From NCBI GenBank assembly GCA_008632985.1, contig QPGO01000071.1:359516-403306 (forward strand): DNA of 43,791 bases, read 5' to 3'. This document shows, one piece after another, positions 33,647 to 43,791 of this stretch (the stretch's first letter is position 1; the number at the start of each line of letters is the position of its first letter). The position numbers and the translations under genes were made by a program. Source of the DNA: Psammoneis japonica. Its lineage: Eukaryota. The notes beneath the pieces are model-generated. The model did no database searches and was not told where the DNA came from. It saw only the letters and a list, made by a program, of their open reading frames with translations.

Positions 33647-36230
33647 ACATCACAAGCATCTGGCATGGTGTCTGGTGGCAGCCACAATTGGCACATCTGA
33701 GCCACCCTTTTGGGGCTGGCATGTGCAGCTGTTGCTCACAAAGCAAGCAAGCAGCAAAAGCAACTGCAGTGAAGTCAATGCATCAAGAAGAACACACTGC
33801 CTTGCTGCCTGTTTGCCAAGAAGGGCACACATTGAGTGTGTCATTGTCTCCTCCAACCTCATGGGAGTGTGGGGTTGGTTGTCACACAATGGTCACAAGC
33901 TTTCCTCTCTCACTCTCCTTTCTAGAAACTCAGCAGCAAGGAAAGATGCAAAAGCCAACCAAGGCAGCCCATTGCAAATCACATGGTTGACTTTGGCATG
34001 ACACCATGCTTGTCTTGGCACACAGAATGCTGACAGATGTCATCAACACTGCAGAAGACCTCATTGAGACCCCAACACAGGCAAGTCCTGGAAGCACAAC
34101 AAACAAACTAGAAATCAATTTTACTGCTGCCTTGCTGCTGCCCACACCAACACCAACCACAGTGGACCCATGTTCCCCAGTGCCCACAAAGGGCGGCAGG
34201 GACAATTTTGAACACTGTCAAACATTGTCAGAAAGACAATGTCATTGACACATTGTCCAAAGGCAATGCCACCAATGCATCATCAGAAAGAGGCTGTTTG
34301 TTTTAAGTCACAACAGCAACCAACTGGATGCTTCTTACATGGCAACCCCAGTTGCTGTGCCTCAAAGAATGGACAAGCCCAGCCACACCGCTTTGGAGAC
34401 ACCAAAATGAACACTGCAGAAAACCAAACACGTGTCCATCTCTGAAGACAACATGCTTGAAGAGATGTGAGAGAAATTCCTGGGATGAAAAACACCCAAG
34501 AAAGTCCAACATGGACCCCAACAAAGAAAAGGAAATGACAATTGGAATCATCAGATGGAATTTCCGTCATGCGCAGAATTGCACAGAAATTGTGCACTGA
34601 AGCTGCAACATCAAAGTGCAAGAGAAGCAACAGCGAGACTTGGAAATGCCAGCCACTTGGAAGACTTGTGATGACCCACTTTGGAGCACCATAGAACATC
34701 CATCTTGAACTGCAGCACATTGGAAAGAAAACTCAAAGGAAGTGCGTTGGTGAGAAGAACAAGAGAATGAACCTGACACAGTCGTTGACTCGAAATTCTG
34801 GCCAAACGCGTAGAATTGCACATGAAATTTGCACTGAAACAACTGACTTGGCAATTGCTGAATTGCGCAGAATTTAACGTAGAAAACATGCTGACTTCAG
34901 GAAAGAAAATGCAAAGAGACACAACACCATGGCGGTGCCACTCCCCTGAACGTAGACACAACAGAGTGTCCCCTCCGATGCCATTTGGTTTCTCTGTCAT
35001 TGGCGCAACTGCCTGACATCCCAAAGTGCCCGAGGAGGTTGGCATGCCACCACACTCTCACACAGGACAATCCTGCTGGCACTTGCACAGAATTGTGTCC
35101 TGGAAGCACAACAAATTGCCAACTGTCCCTCCCTTGGACAGCTGTTTGTCTTGGGTTGGGGGTGCTCAAGGCAGACCTCCAGAGCATCCACAAAACAGCC
35201 CCAAGTTTGCAGTTTCCAGAAAAAAAGGCAAGTGCCTTTTGTGCCTCAGTGCAAAACGCTCCTCTTTGACACCACACTGAGCCAGATTGTCTCTGCCACA
35301 GGTTGTGCTGCTCTGGTTTTGACACAAAGTCTGGGACAGGCTGCTGAGAAATTTGCGTTCCTTGTCCATCTGGGCAGGAGCCAACATCACAGCTTTTGTG
35401 AAAAATGATCTATGGTGTGCACCCCTTTTCCTGGCCACAACCTTTGTCATTGCGCGCACATCATGCCAAACAAGAGCAGAGCTTTCACAGTTTGAGCCCT
35501 GCAGCATGGGCTTTGCAAGCGCCCTTGCATGCGCAAAAAGAGCAGCCGTGTGCAGCACTTGACCAGCTTGTTTCTGGGTTTGCACCCTGCATCATTTCTT
35601 GGGATGCTGGCCTTTGCTGGCACAAAAATGAGGCAGGTGGCAACTGCCACAGAGGCAAGGTGAAAGAGGTTGGTTTTGAACATCATTCTTGGTGGTTGGA
35701 GCAAGCCTTGCCTCGCAGTGCAAAGAGAAGATGGGGGAGCTGTGCACGTGGCTCAGGAACACATCTTCTGGGTTTTTCTTTTGTGAGCATTTTTTGTTGT
35801 TTGGTGGAGAACTGCCCAGCGCATGTGTGTGAGCAAACCATGTGCTCCTGCACTGCCCAGTGGCACAGAGTGGATGGCAGAAAGCACTGCAGAGAGCAAA
35901 GCTCCTCTTGGGGCGGGCTGCAGTCGATGGAGCAGCAAGCCGAGCATGTGGTTTCACAGAGCAGCTGATGAGTTGGTCAGTGAGGGACTTTCTTGGCAAT
36001 GGTGAGCTGATGCTTTAAAAGCCTCATCGTGCTGGGGTGGCAGCATGGTGGGTGAGGCCAAAACGGGCAGAGATGTGGTGTGGTGCTGGTCTTGGTGGCG
36101 GCCATGGCACCAGCGGGTGGGAAGAGGCCGGGTGGGGAAAGCTGGGCATGGGCACAGGCAGAGTGCACAGATGGGTGTTGGAAGGAGGACTCTGATGTTC
36201 AGGGCAGAGCAGGCGGGGCGGGATGGGTGT
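31200..36230. other. TpA/CpG-depleted hypermutated domain 4, containing coding-like decayed sequence of unknown family on the minus strand (about 31300-33400)
   Basis: The 248-aa ORF 31819-32565 has no Tyr. Mutation grades in from about 30900. The right edge (35900-36230) keeps CpG but lacks TpA. Confidence 0.88.
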
Positions 36231-36630
36231 TCTTGGTTAGATCCGAAGAGGCGGTGAGCGAAGCAGGGGTGCGTTTCCTTCTCGTTTTTTACGTTCACGA
36301 TCAACCAAAAAGATTTATGATTTATCATGCCGGCATATATCCATAAAGTAGAAAGCACGACTAATGTTTAACGAAGAATTCCTGGACAGTGTTCTGAAGT
36401 AAGTACATTGGACAGTAAAATGACTTTCCGAGTGTGATGTTTTGTCCTCGCTGGTGTCGCCGGGCGCCGGTATTGAGTAAATCTATGAGAGCGGCGATCA
36501 CCGCTCGTGCTTGCCTCAGGTTTAAGGGCCTGCCTTTACCAGAACAAAGCGATTCCACCGTACTTCTAAGGATCACACGGAGCGTCAGAAGACGTTCGCC
36601 AGAATTGAAACAGCCAAGGAATCAAAAAGT

Positions 36631-38830
36631 ATGTACCGGTATGCCGCGAAACGTTCCTTGGCGGTGTGTTGCGCACTTCTCATCATCCTGGGAGTTGTGG
36701 TGCGCTTCAATGTCGACAGCGACGTTAACGAGGTTCGAGATGGACTGAGCAACCGGTCAACCGATAGGCCCACTAACCTTCAGCACCAGCAAGAAAGGGA
36801 GAAGAAGGAAGAAAAGGTCGATAGCTTTGAGTTGAATGAGGATGTGACTGTGAACTCAAACTGCGTTTACAGCGTTTCCGCTTTCGACCGGATGGGCCAA
36901 CTGCAGTCAGAACCACTTTCCAACAGTTGCCTCGAGTCAAACACTGACTTGCTGGCTCACCTCACTTCCCTTTCTAGCGCTGCCGTGGACAATTCACAGG
37001 CTACCGCCGTCATCGCGATCACCATCGTTGATCGCGAGAAAATTCAGATGATCGAATCACTGGGGCTGGTTGCGGACGAGTTTCTTACCCCCCGTATGGA
37101 CTGGCGCATAATGGCGGAGCGATTTGTAGTCAAGGAGGAGTCTTCTGGTGTTCACTCTGCTGCATCTGGGAACAAAACGAGCAGCGGTAACATTAGGAAG
37201 GCAAAGCCAGCTGAACTTTCTCAGTCACGACTCTTGTTGGACCCGTCAGCCTATGCACCGGGCGTAAGCGGAACATTCGCAGACCCTTTCATTGCAGCGA
37301 TCCGCACGCTGCGTGATAACGCGAGTGGTAGAGCGCTGTTAGGGAGCGGGAACAAGAACAGAAACGTTGCAAATGCCATGGACGGGAATTCAAACTTTAT
37401 TGACGCTTCGATTCATGTCGATTTGATTCTTGTTCGAGTCTTGGAGGAAAAACTAGCAGCATTCGCCGATGCCTTAAGGCGCTTTCAGTTCCCCAAAGGC
37501 ACTTCCATCGATGAAGGCGAGGATAGTGAGTGTGCCGCCGGTTTGGAAATAAACAAGGGGCGGACCTGGGTCAAGTACGGCGGCCAGCAGGACTTTCTTG
37601 GAGCGTGGACTGTAACCAGTGCCAGATCCCTTGCCCAATCCATCGCAAGGGGCTTTCCCTTTATCCGCGTCTCACCTGTTCAGTGGGCACGAACGTACCA
37701 TTTTGATACCTGCAGCGCCGAAACGGTTGCTGCGATTGATCCTGAGCTTGGCATTGTGAATGGCTTAGACTGCGGCTTCCTTCCCATTTACGGGCGGGAC
37801 CTGCCTACACGACCGAGTCGATCCCTCGCTCAAGTGCATGAGCGAATTTAAGATGGGGAGCCTAATGCATGTCGTCCTTCCGAAGAACGGCATCCCCAAA
37901 AAGGTCTGCCGATTGAGCCATGAGCAAGCCCCGCCATACAATGCAACTAACCTTTACGGTGGCCCTGCCCAGCCGTTCATCGATTGGTGCCCATCGTGTC
38001 AGCCATTTGGCTATGAAAGCAACCGGACGATCACGCCAAAGCTCTTGTCAAATCCGTCAGCACCAATGGGCTTTGGTGAGTTGAACAGAAGGGACATGAA
38101 GACGATAAACAAGAGGACGCCCACCTGCACGATGGAGCTCAAAGGCCTAAAGTGCGGAGACGATGGCAGACCCTGCTGTTGGGACGAAGTGAGTATTTCG
38201 CAAGACGTCCTTGGGAGCCACAACGGAACGGCTGAAAAGATGTCACGGGAGCTCTTCAACAGCGTCCTCAACAGCTATCTTGTCCGATTTAATCGGTCTA
38301 GCAGGGATCGCATCGCCCGCCTTTATTATCCACGTTTGTCGGCCATGATCGCCCGCGGGGTCGGATGGGAGAATGCCCTTGCAACAGGGCAGTGCGCTAC
38401 GTTGCACATTCGCCGCGGGGACAACATGGACCGATGCAAGAAAGGAGAGAAGCTGTTTTGTAGCATGGACCTCACGCTCGCAGACTACATGGAGAAGGCC
38501 GCCCCGATGCTTGCCCAGCTCGGTGGCGCCAAGCACGTCTTTGTCATGACCGACGATCCAGAGGTTGCCAATAAGAAGAAGCAGGTGCCCTGGCTACAAA
38601 AGGGTTATTTTATCGAAGTGATTTCTGGATATAACCAGTATAGCGAGGAGACCTATAGTGACTGGGACCCATTCATTGAGAGTCTCCACGGCGCTCAGTT
38701 CTGTCGAGCATTTGTTGGGCACCACATTTCGACTGTGTCCGCGCTTGTCTTTAGAAGTATCTGCACGAGATGGGGCGAGTGCCCCATTGCTGATGACTTC
38801 AGTGGTGAACGTGGCCTTGTCTGGCAATAA
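36631..38830 (+). CDS. Fucosyltransferase-like (GT23/FUT8-NodZ-like motifs) type II membrane protein, copy 2; apparent +1 G indel at about 37791
   Basis: MYRYAAKRSLAVCCALLIILGVVV (TM); CATLHIRRGD, HVFVMTDD, FVGHHISTVS. TACGGGCGGG here versus CATGGCGGG in copy 1 locates the frameshift between ORFs 36631-37851 and 37838-38830. Confidence 0.8.
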
Positions 38831-39611
38831 CAGATGTGTAACTTCCTAGTTTTAATGTAAATTATTGCGGTCATGGGAGTGCAGACAATGTAGAACGGGT
38901 TTTTGGATGGAAACCATTGGTGTCCCACAAAGGCATGACGCCAGAGAGTGGCACCTTGCATTGATTGGCTAAGACAAAAAGGTGACACTGTGACACCTTT
39001 TGCCCATGTGCTGGATGCTGGCACCTCCTGTTTGGCCTCAGGACAACAAGCCAGGTTTTTGTCCCAAGTCAGCCACAAGCAAGCCATTGAAAAAAGTCAA
39101 CGATGCATGGAAAGATGGCTTGCAGAGTGTCACTTGATTTCCTGGAGGGGCACAGACTCTCTTTGTGTCTCTTGCCTGAGGGCACACACACCACCAAACA
39201 GCCCTGTGACAGGTGCCCCCACAAAATGCACTTCTTTGCCATTGATTTGCAAGGCTGCAGCCCCCATGTTTTGTGACAGATTGCCTTGATCTTGGCCCTC
39301 CCACCCCGTTGACATGCTGAGGGAGTGTGAGCAACTGTCATGACATCACATTGCTCTCAGAAAATTCAACCTCTGGATCTGTCATGCCTGCCATTTTCAC
39401 AAACTCCCAAGAACTTGCTCTTGCGCCCTCATTGCAGCTTGCAAGAAAAATTGCAACAAAGACATCTTGCAAGAAAAAGCAGCAACAACAAGACATCTCA
39501 AAGAACCTCAACTGTCAAGCTCTCCCTTGGTTTCTCACTTTCCATGGACCCAGTGCACAAATTATGGTGTGAAGCAGGTGCAAGTGCAACATCATAATCA
39601 CACATCTCAAA

Positions 39612-40592
39612 AGCCCCTTGCACATGTCATCCTTCCAAAAAATTGCATCCCAGAAGTGGGGGTTGTCAGTCAAGCAGCAAATGAGCCCCACCATGCAGCA
39701 CAGCTGACCTTTGTGGTGGCCCTGCTGAGCCATTCATTGTTTGGTGCCCATCATGCTGTCAACCATTTGGGGCCATGTGAGCAACTGGATGGTCACTCCA
39801 AAACTCTTGCTGGATCTGTCAGCACCAATGGGATTTGGCAAGATGAAAGAGGTGGACATGACATCCATCAACACAAACATGTCCACCTGTGCTGTGGAGC
39901 TCAAAGGCCTCATGTGTGGGGAAGATGGTGGACCCTGCTGTTGGAATGAAGTGAGCATTTCACAAGATGTCCATGGGAGCCACAACAGAACAGGTGAAAG
40001 GATGTCACAGGTGTTTTGCCCCAGTGTCTTCAACCTGTGTCTTGTCCATTTCAATCAGTCTGGTGGGAATTGCAATGCCCCCCTTTGTCACCCATGCTTG
40101 TTGGCCACAATTGCTTGAGGGATGGGACAGCAGCCTGCCTTGGCAACAATGTGTGACTCTGCACATTCATCAAGGCAACAATGTGAGCAAGTGCAAGGAT
40201 GGAGAGAAGCTCTTTTGTGGCATGAACCTGATGCTGGTGGACTGCATGGAGTGGGCCGCCCCCCAATGCTTGGCCAGCTTGGTGATGCCAAGCACGTCTT
40301 TGTCATGATGGATGACCTGGCTGTTGCCAACAAGAAGCAACATGCACCCTTTCTGAAAGATGGGCATTTTGTTCAATTCATTTCTGGATGCAATCAGCAC
40401 AGCAAGGAGACCTGCAGTGACCAGGACCTGTTCATTGAGAGTCCACACAGAGCTCAGTTTTGCCAAACCTTTGTTGGGCACCACATTTCGATGGTTTCTG
40501 CGCTTGTCTGCTTTAGAAGCATCTGCATGAGATGGGGCAAGTGCCCATTGACTGATGACTTGAGTGGCAGATGTTGTGTTGCCTGGCAGTGA
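39612..40592 (+). pseudogene. Hypermutated 5'-truncated pseudogene of the FucT-like gene (copy 3, closest to copy 1)
   Basis: Translations VTPKLLLDLSAPMGFGKMKEVDMTSINT, CVTLHIHQGNN and LGDAKHVFVMMDD...FVGHHISMVSAL...GRCCVAWQ align with copy 1. Frameshifts, with systematic Tyr->Cys/His and Arg->His/Cys/Gln changes. Confidence 0.95.
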
Positions 40593-43500
40593 CAGAAATG
40601 TGAGCCCACTGCTTCTGCACATCATGGAGATTTGCTTTGGTTTTGTCAACCATTTCCCTGCAATTGCAGCAGTCACAGCAGCACTGCCTCAGTGGCAAGA
40701 TGATTCTTTGCAAGAATGGAAGCCAGACACTCTCACAATTGCAAACTTGTGTGTTGCCAGCCAAAGAGGCCAACTCATTTGACAATGGCGCAGCTTTGCA
40801 TGTTGAGCATGACACCACAGTTGTGTCACTCACGTGACATCATTTGCATGGACACATGTTGATTTTCATTTGGCTGACAGCAAACACACACCTTTTTCTT
40901 GGATGAGAGGGGTCTGTGTGGGCCACAGTCCAATCTAAAAAGGGGTGATGCAGTGAAACAATGTGCCATCTGAGAGTTGATGGGTTGCATCAAAAAAGCA
41001 GCATGGTGCATCTGGGGTGGGGGGTCACCACTTGGTGGCTCCAAATGTGTTGTTTGTGCCACTCCCATTGGCACCACTGATCCACTCACCAAATTGTGGC
41101 CTGATGATTTTCATCATTGTCTTTGGATCAAGAATGCCACACCATCTGAATGCTGCCCCTTGACTGTGGCAATTGGACAAGTTGGTGGTTTCCATGCATT
41201 GCGTGCACGCTTGGTCTTGTTTTGTTTGGGCGTGAGCTTTTTTGGCAGGCAAAAGCATGCCAAGCCTTGTTCAAATTCTTGCACAGGCATTTTTCTTGGG
41301 CACCTCTGCCTGACACAACCAAGAATTTGCCATGCTTTGTTGATCCCCCAAGACATCTCTCATGTCAAGATTTTCAAACACACACAGCTCAACAAGGGCA
41401 CATGAATGACCAGCTTGTTGCACCCAAATGATGAACATTTGCAGTGCATGCAAAGTGGCAAACCAGTCCCGCCAAAGCTGAAGAAACAGCCATTGACAAG
41501 TTTTGCTTTAAAGTCAATCCTTTTGCAGCAATGATTTTGTCTTTGTGCTGTGAAAGGTGCTCTTTTTTGGAGCCTTTGTCCCTGGTGCCAAACACAGCAG
41601 TTCTGCAATTTGACTTTTCTCTTCATTCAAGGCTGCTTGTAAAACAAGATCATGAGTGCACCCATTGCATCTGTGAGTGGCAGAGACATTTCTGCTGCTC
41701 CAGAAGCTGCAAAAGAGGAACTCAGTTGAATCCATGAGGTTGGTGCTGCTTCTGGCACCAAGGTTGCATTCATGCCCAAATGCCAACTGGGTTCTTGTTG
41801 TGTGAACTTTGGCAGAGCAAGGCAATTTTGCACCACCCCCTTTCTCTGAAGAGGAGCATGTCCCTGAACTTGCCACAGAGCACACTTGTGCTGTTGCCAC
41901 CAATCCTTTCCTTGGTGTTGATTTTTGGAGTGCATCACATCTGACAAATGGCCTCAAGCATCAAACATGACAATGACACACTTTCATCATGCTTGCAGTT
42001 TCTTCCCATGCCATTGTTCCTGAGCACAAGCTTTGAGTGCCCCACCTGCCATGGCTGCAAGAAGCTGTCCACAAGGCCTCAACAGCATGGCACTGGCAAG
42101 TTCAAACAGCTCAATCAGTGCTGCACCATTGGTTTGTTTGTTGCACCAGTTCCAAGCCACCAAGGAGGGGCACTTCATTTTCCATCTCCATTTTGGCATC
42201 ACAACATCCAACTGAGCACATTGTTTGCATTCAGCACATCTGTCATCTTGTGCTTGTTTCTCTTTTTGCAGCACTTTGATTTGTTGCAAGGCATGCAGTG
42301 GTGACACTCAAAAAGATGCTTTGGCACAGACAAGAGAAAACAGGAGATGGTGGTCTGTGCCCCCCCCCGGTGCAAGTGGGGGGTCTGGTCAGTGTTGCTG
42401 TTTTGGAGGCATTCTGTGTGCTGCAGAAGCAGCACTCATGGCTGCAAGCACCTGAGGAGCCACAGCAATCTTGCTCTTTTGTTTCATCATGTTGATGAGT
42501 CAAGAGCAAGTTTTTGTTTGCAGTCTGTGCCACCCACCCTTTGTGGATCTCTGGCAAGAGCTCCAATTCCGGGTTCCTAGAATTGCAAGCTCTGGCTCAA
42601 GGTCTGGTGCTTGTGACTTGTGCCACAGCCAACCAGAGTGCTCAGTTGGAGCATCAGCTGCCAGAAAAGAGAAGAGTCAGAGAATGACAGAGGGCAGTCA
42701 ACCATGAAACCCACAAAACCTGCAATTGACAAAGCACATCATGTGCTGCATGGCTCAAGGCACAAATTTTGGCATTGAACTTCAAGTTGGCGCCAATTGG
42801 CAGTTTTGCCAATGGAAGGTGCTCTCCAAGGCTGCCCAAAATCTGATGTCCTGTGGGAGCCGTGTCTCAACAGTGTTTGTCAGATGCAAAGTTGCTGTTT
42901 CAGAAAATGGCTTGCAACAAGGCAAATGTGTTTGCTCTTCTTTGATTTTCAAGAGCAAGAAGGAAGCTCTGGTTCTTCAACAGGCAAATGATTTTTTTGG
43001 TGGTTTAAACCTGCTGCAATTGAGATGTTTTTGAAGTGCTTGGGGAAGTGCAACAAAGACTTGCCTCTTTCAAGCACGTTTGCTTGTGTGCTGAATTTGA
43101 CAGTGGCCAAACATCTGTGCAAAGAATGCAGCCACACAATTGCAATTGCATGTCACAGTTTTGTCAATCATGTGCTTCTTGATTTGCACAGATGGGAGCC
43201 TCCTGCCACTGCTGACTCCCCACTCAAGATTGCAAAGCTGCGCTGCTGCCCATTGATTTGGCATCTTCAAAGCACTCTGAAGTTGGCCCTGAACAGGGCT
43301 TGCCAGAGCATGACAACTTGGCCAAGTTCTGTGGGTTCTCACCTGCTGCAACTCAGTGAGTTGTTGAGTGTGTGATCCATCTGTTGCCTTGACACTGGCC
43401 ATGCTGTCATGACTCCATCCAAGTTTGCCTCTGCTCCTGCCCCACTCCATTGCTCCACTTTGAAAGGTGTTGCCAAGCCATTTCTTGTCTCAAGCATGAT

Positions 43501-43791
43501 TGGAAATCAGCCAGCTGCAAGAAACCAATGTGCAATCTGAACTTGCACTCACATCTTTTTCTTAGATGGCTTGTCACTGATCTGAATGTGTGCTTCCTGC
43601 TCTTTCTGCCAACATTTGGTTGCAGCTGCTGCTGACTCTCCTGGATGCAGCCCTGGGCCAGTCTGGGAGGAGATGGCTCAATCACAGCTGATGTGTGCAA
43701 TGCCCCATGCTCAAAAGAATGAGTGTGAGTTTTGTGCACACATTCAAAATGTTGCTCATTTGTTTCATGCATTTTCTCATGCAAGAGATGA
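39612..43791 (+). repeat. Segmental duplication, copy B (of 29910-33646), with an extra segment of about 385 bp at about 42321-42704
   Basis: Colinear with copy A. Copy A joins AAAAAGATGCT to TGAAACCCACAAA with only about 20 bp between them. Confidence 0.9.

Larger units (their letters stand above)
38920..43791. other. TpA/CpG-depleted hypermutated domain 5 (includes duplication copy B)
   Basis: Hand check of 39771-40070 finds no TpA and no CpG. ORFs are Tyr-poor and Cys/His-rich throughout. Confidence 0.9.

Noticed and set aside
34085..35115. 19-bp direct repeat GTCCTGGAAGCACAACAAA at 34085 and 35097 as LTR or element ends
   Set aside because: Similarity does not extend on either side, and no TSD or internal TE motif is recognisable.
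38920..43791. Classical fungal RIP, or CpG deamination alone, as the explanation of the composition
   Set aside because: RIP increases TpA, whereas TpA is lost here. 5mC deamination cannot change TA to TG/CA.

Overview
Gene-dense eukaryotic nuclear DNA, most likely from a diatom. The evidence is short 80-145 nt GT-AG introns, bipartite signal-peptide plus 'F' plastid-targeting N-termini, and a helicase-associated (HA) repeat protein. About 12 genes are supported: a class-3 lipase, a DCAF4/WDR21-like WD40 protein, organellar RsfS/MALSU1, an HA-domain protein, a Gly-rich membrane protein, a TrhO-rhodanese/O-methyltransferase fusion, a MYST acetyltransferase, three fucosyltransferase-like genes, an F-box/HMG/GRDP-like protein, and a plastid-targeted Pro/Ala-rich protein. 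Five multi-kb domains between the genes have lost almost all TpA and most CpG dinucleotides in favour of TpG/CpA. Internal duplications show that this is a directional mutation process: TpA->TpG/CpA (A-to-G at TpA on both strands) plus CpG->TpG/CpA. In places TpA is gone while CpG is still abundant. This resembles a RIP-like, adenine-directed hypermutation of silenced or duplicated DNA and is the top candidate for an undescribed system. The second candidate is the probably plastid-targeted TrhO + TrmR-like fusion, which could make 5-methoxyuridine in tRNA on one polypeptide. Several genes carry single-base indels in homopolymers that are probably assembly errors. All counts and splice sites were read by hand, and family assignments rest on motif recognition without database searches.
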